Positions 1 through 11,142 of a stretch of 64,000 nucleotides of DNA are shown one piece after another (the first letter of the stretch is position 1; each line of letters starts with the position of its first letter). Below the pieces are notes generated by a model. That model was not told where the DNA came from and did not search any database. It saw only the letters and a list, made by a program, of their open reading frames with translations. Source of the stretch: Histomonas meleagridis 2922-C6/04-290x (taxonomy: Eukaryota; Protista; Parabasalia); NCBI GenBank assembly GCA_020184695.1, contig JAANOX010000070.1:124001-188000 (forward strand), read 5' to 3'. The position numbers were made by a program, and so were the translations under genes.

Positions 1-2329
1 TGTATCAAATAATTCACAGATATTAGAAGTCAAAAAAAATTGTGAAACAAAACTAAGGACATTAGAACGAGAAGTTTATACTCAATTGGAAATGATGAAA
101 GGAGAAATTACAAAAATTTCTAATGAGATATCAAATCAATTAATTGATATTAATAAAAGTTTTCAAGGATTAATGAAAACAAATAATTCACAAACACGTT
201 CTCTTAATAAAAAATTTGAAAAGATCATAAAAACGCATGATGAAGAATCATTAAGAAAACAACAATTATTCCAAGAAGAAGAAATGCGCAAATATTCAAA
301 AATAGAAGAACAATTTAAGTCCGAAATTGAAGAATTAAAACTAAATCTTCGACCATCCACAGCATTAAAGCAACAAGTTCGGCAAGATTTAAACATATTA
401 ATCCAAAAAATTTCGATACTTCGTACGGAAGTTAATCAAATGCGACGAAACATAAAACAAATTTCATTTCCAACATATATCATTAATGGTAAAAGATTTG
501 CACACACACTTTTTACTGAGAATCAAAATTATAAATCTGAATACAATTCGATTTTACTTGAATTAAATAATGAAGAAAAAGAAACGCAGAAAACAATTGA
601 AGCCTTAAAAATTAAATATGAAACCAAACAAAAAGAATATGAAAAAGAAATAAATTATTTATATGATGAATTAAAGAAATATGATATTGTTTTACAGCAT
701 AAATCAGAAATCGAAAAAGAAGAAAACAAAATGAATCAAAAAATAAATAATATGAAAAACTTAATTGAAAAAATCAAAAAGATTAAAGAAAAAAATCAAA
801 AAGAAGAAAATGAACTTATCGAAAAATATCAACAAAAAGAAAAAGAAGAAATTGAAAAAAACGAACGAATTAAATCACAATTTATCGAAGAAACAAAAAA
901 ATACAAAACTTTAAATGATATAATAAATGATAAAAAAGAACTTTTACAAATAAAATCGAATTTAAAGAATCAAGAAAAGGAAGAAAACATTGCTGATATA
1001 TATAAACTTGAAATTGATAAACTTAACGACAATAATAATAAACAATTTAATGAGATTAAAGAAGAATTAAATAAAAAAGTTATAGAACATCAACAAAAAT
1101 ATGAAAACGAATATAACGCACAAAAGTTATTATATAAAGAAAATATTAATAAAACATTAAATGAGATAAAATTTAATTCATTTTTAATAATAAATGAAAT
1201 AGAAAAACATTATAAAACACAAATAGAATTATCAAATCAACAATTAGAAATATTAAATCTAAAAGAAGTTGAATTACCAAATATAACTCAAACTTTAGAA
1301 GAAGAAAAGAATTCTTTTTCATTAGATATCGAAAATGAGAAAAATCAAATTGTTCCAAATTATAATGAAATTATTAATAATGAAGAAAATCGATTTACAC
1401 AAATAACAAATTATTATAACGATGATAGTATTAATACATTAATTTCTATAATATCGGAACTAAATACAAATCAATTAATAAACCATTATAACTTATTAAT
1501 TGAACAACTTCAACATGAACTAAATAATCTTGAAAATAATGATAATGATGAAAATGATTTTATACAAATTGCACGAAGAACTTCTTCGACTAAAATACAA
1601 AATGCCTTAAAAGAAAGTACGTCAAATATATCGAATTTAATACAAAATATTTTAAAGAATTTAAAAAATTTTAATAAACAAATTCAAAATAAAAATATGG
1701 AAATTTTTAACACAATAAACGAAATTTTTTCTAATAACGAAAAATTAATTTTCGATCAAAATTTAACAATCGAGAATTCACATGATGAAAAATATCAATT
1801 ATTACAAACATTTATAAATAAATTTTTTGATTTATATAATACAAAAAATGATGAGTTAAAGATAGAAATGGAAAATTTCGATATAAAATTAAATGAATTA
1901 ATCGAATTCCAAACTAATTCTTTGGATGAAAGAGAACAAAATTATCGAAATAATGATGGGCATTATGAAAAGATTAAAGATAACTTGAAAATTAAGGCTG
2001 GAATGAGGAATCCGGAATATTTAAGTTCAAAAGATTTAAAAATTAAACAATTAAATCGAACTTTAGATTTAGCAATTATTAAGTTTAAAACTGCTGGAAT
2101 GAGAAGTCAAGAAAAAACAGAAATAGAAAAATTGGAAAAAATTTTGGAAGATAAAAACAAACAATTAAAAAATATGGAAAAGAATATAAACTTTGGAAAG
2201 AAACAAATCCAATTAAGAAATAGTGACGGAAAATTATCAGCAGGAAGAATGAGGAAAATGATTTCAAATACTGATGGAAACAGAACGAGTATGGTGCATA
2301 AACCATTACCAAAACTTGTTAATAAATAA
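1..2329 (+). CDS. Large coiled-coil protein, 5'-partial
   Basis: The frame is open from the window start to TAA at 2327-2329. Composition is E/K/Q/N-rich and heptad-like. No recognisable family motif. Confidence 0.75.
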   Translation, partial: VSNNSQILEVKKNCETKLRTLEREVYTQLEMMKGEITKISNEISNQLIDINKSFQGLMKTNNSQTRSLNKKFEKIIKTHDEESLRKQQLFQEEEMRKYSKIEEQFKSEIEELKLNLRPSTALKQQVRQDLNILIQKISILRTEVNQMRRNIKQISFPTYIINGKRFAHTLFTENQNYKSEYNSILLELNNEEKETQKTIEALKIKYETKQKEYEKEINYLYDELKKYDIVLQHKSEIEKEENKMNQKINNMKNLIEKIKKIKEKNQKEENELIEKYQQKEKEEIEKNERIKSQFIEETKKYKTLNDIINDKKELLQIKSNLKNQEKEENIADIYKLEIDKLNDNNNKQFNEIKEELNKKVIEHQQKYENEYNAQKLLYKENINKTLNEIKFNSFLIINEIEKHYKTQIELSNQQLEILNLKEVELPNITQTLEEEKNSFSLDIENEKNQIVPNYNEIINNEENRFTQITNYYNDDSINTLISIISELNTNQLINHYNLLIEQLQHELNNLENNDNDENDFIQIARRTSSTKIQNALKESTSNISNLIQNILKNLKNFNKQIQNKNMEIFNTINEIFSNNEKLIFDQNLTIENSHDEKYQLLQTFINKFFDLYNTKNDELKIEMENFDIKLNELIEFQTNSLDEREQNYRNNDGHYEKIKDNLKIKAGMRNPEYLSSKDLKIKQLNRTLDLAIIKFKTAGMRSQEKTEIEKLEKILEDKNKQLKNMEKNINFGKKQIQLRNSDGKLSAGRMRKMISNTDGNRTSMVHKPLPKLVNK

Positions 2330-2524
2330 AAATGCGAATAAAAATTGTTTTCTGATGTGGCTCTGAAGGAAACTTGCAATCAACAATTCGAAAGTAACTT
2401 GCTTTAACAAATGGAAAAATGTTAAATAAACGGTTTACATTTGAAAGTCAAAAATGGAGAACGTTTAAACCCCACACAATTTTGGAAACGATCAAAAGCA
2501 CTTTTTGATTGCGTTCTTGTAAAG

Positions 2525-3646
2525 ATGTCCGAAGAGAAACAGCAAGAAATCATGATTTCACCAGATTTTTATAAAATCTACATGTGGGAATTCAATGACG
2601 ATGAGGAAGAGGTTGAAATCAAAATTTCTTTTCCAAAAACATTTAATTCAAAATCCATTATCTACCAACTTACCCCAGAGAAGAATGCTGTTAACATCAC
2701 CATCAAAGGCGAAATAGTTCCTCTTGTCAGAAGTCTTCTCTTTGGCACCATTTCCGAAGTCAATGTTACACGTTCTGATACACAATTCACACTCTGTCTC
2801 ACTAAAGAAAAGCCTGGAGCATGGGAGCTTCCTTTTACGGATGTTCACCCATCTTTTGGAGATGCAGATCCTCAAACATGTTTCATTCTTTTCCATTTTC
2901 TTATTACTAAAGGAGACCAAGATCGTGCCATAGATTTTCTCAACAAGTCGGCCAACTTTGGTTATCTTCCAGCCATTGAAACAATTATTGAAAATACTAA
3001 GCAATTTCTTTCTAACGAAGACCTTCCACAAAACGACAGGATCCAAATTTTTAGTACCATTACAAATCTTTATGATGTAGGTGTAAATAAATATCATGAT
3101 CCAAAATTTGCCCTTAAATCGGGTATGTTCCTATTACAAAATGGCGTAGAGTCTGCCAGCGTCCTCGAAATCTTCCAAATTGCCTGTAACGCCGGAGTAT
3201 CTGAAGGATTTACATTTCAAGGAATTGCAGTATCTCCACTTTCACAATATGGTTTTGAGGTAAAAGACGCGAAATTGGCCGTTAAATTGTTTAGTAAAGC
3301 TCTTGATTTCGACAAAGACGAACCTTTAGCTAATCATTTTCTTGCGATGCATTTGTATAACGGAATCGGAGTCGAAAAAGACGTCAAACGTGCCAAAGCG
3401 CTTCAAGAAAATGCAGTTAAGAAGATACCGACCTTGGAACCATTGAAGACAGTTACTATCGAAGGAGAAAAAGAAGAACATTACGAACATAACGAAATAG
3501 CTTTGAAGGATAACTCCGAAAGGGATAACGACAATGTGAAAAAGGAATCGAAAGGCACTAAAATTGGTCTAATTATTGGCGGCGCCATTGTTGCTGTTGC
3601 CGCAGGTGTCTCAATATATAATTTTATGAGGAGACGAAATCATTAA
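2525..3646 (+). CDS. Tail-anchored CS/Hsp20-like + Sel1/TPR-like protein (Tom36/Tom46-like receptor candidate)
   Basis: First ATG at 2525. CS-like beta region (EIKISFP...FTLCLTKEKPGAW), Sel1-like motifs (FLNKSANFGYLPA; LAMHLYNGIGVEKDVKRA), and a C-terminal TM helix followed by RRRNH. Confidence 0.65.
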   Translation: MSEEKQQEIMISPDFYKIYMWEFNDDEEEVEIKISFPKTFNSKSIIYQLTPEKNAVNITIKGEIVPLVRSLLFGTISEVNVTRSDTQFTLCLTKEKPGAWELPFTDVHPSFGDADPQTCFILFHFLITKGDQDRAIDFLNKSANFGYLPAIETIIENTKQFLSNEDLPQNDRIQIFSTITNLYDVGVNKYHDPKFALKSGMFLLQNGVESASVLEIFQIACNAGVSEGFTFQGIAVSPLSQYGFEVKDAKLAVKLFSKALDFDKDEPLANHFLAMHLYNGIGVEKDVKRAKALQENAVKKIPTLEPLKTVTIEGEKEEHYEHNEIALKDNSERDNDNVKKESKGTKIGLIIGGAIVAVAAGVSIYNFMRRRNH

Positions 3647-3719
3647 AAAAATTAAATAAGAAATACGTTTTTTTATTATTTATATTTTATGAAAATGTTT
3701 TGTTTATGCGAAAAATATT

Positions 3720-6095
3720 TTATTTCCCACTTTCTTCATTCTGAAGTTGAGAATGTTTTTCTCGAAATAATTTAATTATTTCTGATCGATTAAATACAGT
3801 TGCTTTGTCAAATGCTGTTTTATGATGTTTAAATGATTCCCAAATATTGTTTTAGAATATAAAATTATTTAAATTAATATTAAATAAAATTAATGAAAAT
3901 CTTTGGCATTGATATCTATTCCTTTTTGTTCTAAAAGTAATTTGACTATTTCCAAATGACCATTTAAAGATGCTAATATAAGTGCGGTGTTAAATCATTT
4001 GGATGATTTCCATATATTTTTTATGTATATTAAATCTCTTTAAGAAACATTTTATTAAATTTACAAAAATCTTTTGCATTGATATCAATTTCCTCTTGTT
4101 CTAGAAGTAATTTAATTATTTCTTTACAGCCTTTAATAGAAGCAAGTAAAAGTGCAGTTCTAAAAAAGTAAAATAATTTCCAAATATCATTTAAAAACAT
4201 AAAATTATTAAATAAAAAATTATCTTTAATATTAATATTAATACCTTTTTGTTGGAGAAGAATTTTAATTATTTCTGGATGATTATTTAAAGACGCCAAA
4301 ATAAGTGCTGTTTGAAATATTTTGAATAATTTCCAAATATAATTTTGAAATATTATGTAATCTTAAAAAATATCAATTATAACAAACAAACATCTTTAAC
4401 ATTGACATCAATTCCTTCTTTTTCAAGCAGTAGTTTGACTGTTTCTATATGACCAAAAAAAGATTCCCAAAGAAGTGTTTCTCGAAATATTTAAAATTGT
4501 TTTTAAATAAAGTTTTAAAATATAAAATTATTAAAAAAAACTATGAATAAAACATATAAATATTATCTTTGACATTAACATCGATGCTATCTTGTTTAAG
4601 AAACAATTTCACTATTTCAGTATAACCATTTGAAGATGCACAAATAAGTGCTGTCATAAACAAAATGAATAAATTCCAAATATAATAATGAAATACTCTA
4701 TTATTAAAATAAACATCCAATAAAATATTTAAATGTTTTGAGCATTAATATTAATTCCTTTTTGTTTAATAAGTAATTTAACTATTTCAATATAATCTTT
4801 TTTAGATGCATAAATAATTGGTATTTCAAATAATTTAAATAATTTTTATGAATTTTTTACAATAAACTTCAAAGTTATATAAAAAACATTAAATGAAATT
4901 AACAAACATCGATATCATTAATATCAATTCCTTCCTGCTCAAGAATATACTCAACAAGTTCAACATTTTCTGATTCCATTGATTCAAACAAAATGCTTTT
5001 TGGAAGCTTATTATTTTGCAATGTCAGTTTAACAAGATATATATTACCAAATCTTGCAGATTTCTTAGAAATAGTTTCATCAATTTCCATTCCATTATCT
5101 TTTAAATATGAAAAAATTACATAATTACAATATAATATACATATTTTCCCTAATACATCTAAACCTTTAATTTCTTGGATTTTATTTTCATAAAGATATT
5201 TAAAGATATCATTTCGATGAAATTCGATTGCTGTTTCATATGCATTTTCAAATGATGAATGATTTTGCTCACATAAATGAATGATTTCCTCATTTCCACC
5301 TGCAATTGCATATTTACCTGTATATTCTGCATCTGCACCATTCATAAGTAAGTATTTAAAACATTTAACTGATCCAAAAAATGCTGCATAATCAATTAAT
5401 GTTACATTTTCTTCATTAATAAAAGAACATTTTTCGTAAAGTGATGGTTCAATTGTTTGATCATACTCAAAATTTACTTGTGACGATATTTCCTGTAGTT
5501 TATCTATTTCATCATTTCGAATTATTTTCGCAATTTCATTAGGATTATGTCCTTCTTTGATTAATTGCTTATGTAATTCCCAATTATTCTTTGATAGTTC
5601 TTCAAAGTTATTTAAAAATGCTTTCGTTATTATATTAAAATTTTGAGCTATTCTATTCTCTTTTTCTGATTTATAATGAGCGAAATATTTTGATTTAATG
5701 TTTTTTACAATATCTTCATCAATTAAATTTTCTTCAAGCATTTTTTCAATCAAATAATATGATTCTTGTGATTCGTTTTTAGATAAATAATTACCAAAAA
5801 TTTGAATAATTTTTGGATAGTTTTTGTTAATTTTTTCTTCCTTTGTTTGAATTAATTTAATATAATTTATGTAAAAATCATTTAAATCTTTTTTTGATAA
5901 AAATGCAGAATAAACCAAATTACTAATAATTAAATTATATGAATATGGAAAATTGAAATCAAATAATTCCATTGTCTTCTCAATAGATGTTTCGAGATTT
6001 TCTTGAGTTATATTAAATATGATTTGTTGTATTTTGAAAAGCAAATCAATTTGTATGGATTGTGATTTATAATCATTGTTTCCATTACTGTTCAT
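3720..6095 (-). CDS. DUF3447-ankyrin gene 1, interrupted by 27 x 17-nt inserts
   Basis: DUF3447-like N-domain (YAIAGGNEEIIHLCEQ...AIEFHRNDIFKYL), then 7 ankyrin cores; the last is a capping repeat ending in TAA at 3720. Removing 27x17 nt from 2376 nt leaves 1917 nt (639 codons) with no internal stop. Confidence 0.8.
3819..4907 (-). other. Array of inter-repeat spacers built of 17-nt insert + single codon units
   Basis: Spacers are 83, 80, 83, 80, 63, 80 and 80 nt. The retained codons read NEHKE, DSGM, NIYKR, DNGQ, NYGR, NNGN and NYGK. Confidence 0.8.
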
Positions 6096-6125
6096 TCCAT
6101 AAAATAGATTTCATTGATAAACTAT

Positions 6126-6752
6126 TCAATTTTCACAGAAACTGTTTCCAGCCAAAATTTTGAGCACGTTTATCCAAAAGTGACTTTTTAAAACTCCTTC
6201 GTTATTGAATTTTTTATGAAGTTCCAAATTATTCCTTGAAAGACCTTCAAAGGATTTATAGAACGTTTTGATGAGTGGTGCCTCAAAATAACTTGTATTT
6301 TTAATTTTTTCTATTTTAGATTGTGTAAAATATTTTGATTCGATTAATTTGTTTTCAATTATTTGGTAAATTAGATAATATGATTCTTGTGATTTTATTT
6401 GAAGAATATATTTAAGAAATGTTTCAATGATTCCATATTCAGTTGAATTTATTTCTTCTTCTTGATTTGAAATGTTTTTTAAATATTTAATACATATTTC
6501 ACATTCATTCTTTCGCGAATAAAATGAATAATAAAGCATTTGAATTAGAATAATATTAAATGTTTCAGGGAAATCTTTATCAAATAATTTCATTGTTTGT
6601 TCAACTGATTCTTCAAAATTAACATTACTTAAATTAAATATAATATTTTGAAGTGTTATAAGGAATTCCAGATAAAAATCTTCATGGTTTGTTATTTTTT
6701 CTGAAGAATTTGGAGAAGGAATTGCAACACAATTTTGGAGTTCATTCTCCAT
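6126..6752 (-). pseudogene. Truncated duplicate of the N-terminal domain of ankyrin gene 2
   Basis: Near-identical to about 8750-9030 (LEFLITLQNIIFNL...QIKSQESYY). It diverges after LHKKFNNEG and has no DUF3447 or ankyrin part. Confidence 0.7.
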
Positions 6753-6876
6753 TTAAAAAAGTGCTTTGAAAATATAAACCTTTCGAAAAAAATTCTTTGA
6801 TTTACAATTCCAGGAAGGAAACGAAACATAAATTAAATTCGATATAACTTATGTTCTTATTATTAAAAAAAAATAT

Positions 6877-9109
6877 TTATTCATTACTTTTATTAGAGTT
6901 ATTGTTTTTATCTGCTGAAGCTTTCTCTTGAATTAATTCGACAATTTTTGGGTAGTTGAAAGTGGCTGCAAGCATTAATGATGTAAAAAATTATTTGAAT
7001 GAATTTTATATTATTGAAATTAATTAAAAAATTTCAAAATATATTGAAAACTCTTTAAATAGATATTCCTTGCATAAATATCAATTCCTTCTTGTTTAAG
7101 AAGTACTTCAACTATTTCTGTATAACCATGTTGCGATGCGGCTATAAGTGCTGTATTGAATAATTTGAATAAATTCCGAATATCATTTAAAAACAAAAAA
7201 TTATCATAACAAATATTAAATCAAATGTATAAAAATTTTGAATGTTAACATCAATTCCTTTTTGTTCAAGAAGTAATTTAACCATATCTAATTTATCATT
7301 ATATGTTGCAATCATTAATGCAGTTTCTAATAAACAAAATAATTTCCAAATATTGTTTTTATATTTGAAATTATTCAAAAAAAGATTAAATCAAACAAAA
7401 ATTCATTCTGAGCATTAACATTAATTTCTTTTTGTTCAAGAAGTAATTTAACTGTTTCCAAATGACCATTCAAAACTGCAAAAATAAGTGCTGTAAAAAG
7501 TAAACAAATTAATTTCCATACAAAATTTTGAAATATGAAATTATCAACATTAACTTTAAACAAATAAAACAAATATCTTCAACATTGATATCAATTCCTT
7601 TTTGATCTAAAAGGAATTTAACCATTTCAAGGTCACCTTCACTAGATGCCAAAATAAGTGGTGTTTTAAATGATATATAATAATTCCAAATATTATTTTA
7701 AATTAGTAAATACTTAAAACAATTATTAAAAATAACAAATTAATATCTCTTCCATTAATATCTATTCCTTGCTGTTCAGTAAGTAATTTGGCTATATCCG
7801 AATTTTGATTATCAATAAGTGCTTACCAAAATAATTTAAATCAATATCAAACATTATGTTAAAATTTTAGATTTAAATAAATACTTTTAGATTTACTTAT
7901 TTCGTTCTGTGCAAGAACATATTTAACAAGTTCAGTATTTCCTGAAATTGTAGAAAATATAAAAATATCTTTTGGAATTGGAAAGTTTTGTAAAAAATAC
8001 TTAACTAAATATATATTCCCAACTTTTGCTGATTCATTAATAATATCATTATTAATTTCAAATCCTTCTTGAAGTAAAAACATTAGGATTTCATAATTAC
8101 TGTATTTAATACATTGCTTTACTAATTCTCGTATATCAATTTCTTGAACTTTATTTTCATAAAGATATTTAAAGATATCATTGAGATGGAAATTTATAGC
8201 TGTTTCATATACATCATCAAAAGATGAATGATTTTGTTCACATAAATGAATGTTTTCAATGTTTCCGCCCACAATTGCATACTTAAATGTATTTTTAACA
8301 TTTGCACCATTCATAAGAAAATATTTAAAACATTTAACTGAGCCAAAAAATGCTGCATAATCAATTAATGAAATATTACCATCATTAATAAATGAACATC
8401 TTTCATAAAGCGATGGTTCAATTGTTTGATTAAAATCAAAATTTGTTTGTGATGATATTTCTTGAAGTTTTTGTACTTCATCATTTCGAATAATTTTTAA
8501 TGTTTCACTTGGATTATTTCCTTCTTTAATATATTTCTTATGTAATTTCCAATTATTCATTGAAAGTTCTCTATAATTACTAGAGAAAAAATCATTCGGA
8601 TGATAAACAACGAAGATAGTCTGATTATCAGTATCATATTGCGCAAAATATTTTGATATAATATTTTTTGGGATATTCCATTCAATTAATTTGTTTTCAA
8701 TCATTTTGTTTTCAAGCATTTGATAAATGAAATAATATGATTCTTGTGATTTTATTTGAAGAATATATTTAAGAAATGTTTCAATGATTCCATATTCAGT
8801 TGAAATTATTTCTTCTTCTTGATTTGAAATGTTTTTTAAATATTTAATACATATTTCACATTCATTCCTTCGTGAATAAAATGAATAATAAAGCATTTGA
8901 ATTAGAATAATATTAAATGTTTCAGGGAAATCTTTATCAAATAATTTCATTGTTTGTTCAACTGATTCTTCAAAATTAACATTATTTAAATTAAATATAA
9001 TATTTTGAAGTGTAATAAGGAATTCCAAGTTACTGGATATTTTGATATCTAAGTTTTTTCTATTCTTTTGATTGTTTATGAAATCATAGAAATGAGAATC
9101 GCTAAACAT
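6877..9109 (-). CDS. DUF3447-ankyrin gene 2 with 17-nt-insert spacers; first junction degenerate
   Basis: N-domain ORF 7859-9109, then ankyrin cores separated by five 80-nt spacers and a terminal repeat ending in TAA at 6877. The first junction (7823-7882) leaves an in-frame TAA, so the gene may be truncated. Confidence 0.65.
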
Positions 9110-9660
9110 GTAAAAAGACTATGAATTATCACATCACATGTCAAAACAGTACCAAACAAAAAGATCTTAATTACAATATTACAAAAAGTCTTGAAGATGC
9201 ATTAAAACAAAAACCAAAAATCTCTTTTCAATTTTTTTGTTTAGATAGACAACATATTGAAATCTTTTATAATTTATCAATAATTAAAATATTTTTATAA
9301 GAGGCTTGTGATGTATTTAAAATCCATATACACGCACCATTAATTAATTCTTCATGAAATTGAAATTTTTTGATTAACTCCTGTTTATTTATTTGTCGTC
9401 AAATTTTTGAATGTTTTACCCACCTTAAATGAATTTTGATGGTAAAATTAATAACAGCAATATTTTCATTCGAAAATAAGAACAAAAGATATAAACTTAA
9501 ATATAAAAAGGAAAATTGTAATGATTTATATTTTATTTTTTAATAATAATAAGCTTTAAATTCAAATGAGATATTCGTATTTTTAATGAAAATAGCAAAA
9601 GCGTTTATTTGAATTTACAACTACAATAACACACACAATTCCCAACTTGGATATTTGATT

Positions 9661-10275
9661 ATGATTACAAACACAAACAGCTTTCCGGATGGATTATGCA
9701 TAAAAAAACCAAACAGACATAAGAAAATAAGAAAATTTTTTACGCCTGAAGAAGATGCTTTATTGACTAGAATTATGTTTGAACAACCTTTTGTTACATG
9801 GCTTGCAGTGGCCTTACAAATACCTGGCAGGACTGCAAGGCAATGCAGAGATAGATGGACAAATTACCTTTCACCACAGAATAAAAATGCACCATGGACT
9901 GTCGAAGAAGATAACTTATTAGCTCAAAAGTACCTTGAATTAGGTTCACAATGGACAATAATTGCTAAGTATTTCGATGGGAGGAGTGAGAACAATGTAA
10001 AGAACCGTTGGTACACACATATTAAACATAAGCTTGAAAATCAAAGCAAAAAAATAGAAAATCTCCCGCCAGAGATAACACCTAGAATTGAAGTCGCCAC
10101 TAGGAAAATACCATCGTTATCCGCCAAGCCACGATTTGTTTTTCCACCTATTTCCACACTTGATAGCTCAATTCCAGATTTCACACAAATGAATGTTATA
10201 CAAAGGACGACCTCAAATAAAAGATATCGCTCAGCTTCAGCTGAGCCTTATATCTCGTTTTCAAACTTTGATTGA
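9661..10275 (+). CDS. R2R3-Myb transcription factor
   Basis: Contains FTPEEDALL...WLAVALQIPGRTARQCRDRWTNYLSP and APWTVEEDNLL...WTIIAKYFDGRSENNVKNRW. Confidence 0.95.
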   Translation: MITNTNSFPDGLCIKKPNRHKKIRKFFTPEEDALLTRIMFEQPFVTWLAVALQIPGRTARQCRDRWTNYLSPQNKNAPWTVEEDNLLAQKYLELGSQWTIIAKYFDGRSENNVKNRWYTHIKHKLENQSKKIENLPPEITPRIEVATRKIPSLSAKPRFVFPPISTLDSSIPDFTQMNVIQRTTSNKRYRSASAEPYISFSNFD

Positions 10276-11142
10276 TGGGTGCAACGCTTCAGAACTTTTT
10301 ATGAAGAATAAACTATTCAAATTTCTCAACTGTTTTATTTCTTCAAAAAGTTGTCGTTGTTTCAGGTTATCTTTTCAATTTTTTTTACAACACGTGTTGT
10401 AAATTCCTGTCAAATAATTTTTGTAATTGTGAGATATTTGAGCGTGCTTATTGATGATTTTTATAACACGACAGTTCGGACGTTCGGAAACTTTTCTTGT
10501 ATAAACAAACCGCTGGTTTTTTCAGATATAACCGGCATGCGTAATTGAAAACCGTTCAAAGTCGAAGTATTCAAAAACACGCGAACAAACATCGTCAAAG
10601 TCCTCATTGCGACGGTTTCCAACGGTCATTTCTACGTAGATCTACGTTAGATGTTTATGAAAAGCTTAGAAATTTTGATTGTATTATTTCGATTTTTCAA
10701 TGCTGTCATAAAAAATTGGAGCAACTTCGCTTATCATGATAAAAACTTTTTTTGTTATGTTGACACCAAATTGGTTAAGATCTGTAAAAAGCTCAGCTGA
10801 GTATCACTCGGCAACACCATAAAAAATTCATTTTCTTTGGATAATAAATTCAATTCTGTTAGAAATAATCGTTATTAAATGCAAATTAAAACAATTGATG
10901 ACACAAGATCTTCATACTCTTTTGGACATTTTTAGATAATTTTATATATTCAAGTACACTTTATAATCAATTTTTAAAATTAAATCTTCCTTTGTTATAT
11001 TTTCATTTTATTATTAATAACTTATTATTATTTATAATTATTTCGTTTTTTGTCATATAAAAAACATTTTATCTCATTAAATTTTTCTTTGAACAAAACA
11101 TTCATTTAAATAGCAAACACAAAAAAATTTTGAATTTACATA

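Noticed and set aside
3819-4907. Spacers as translated 27-codon inserts reached by a -1 ribosomal frameshift
   Set aside because: Some spacers are open in the downstream frame, but many have TAA/TGA there. In 4312-4391 the upstream-frame stop precedes the downstream-frame stop, so no -1 path exists. Array 6 has stops in all frames.
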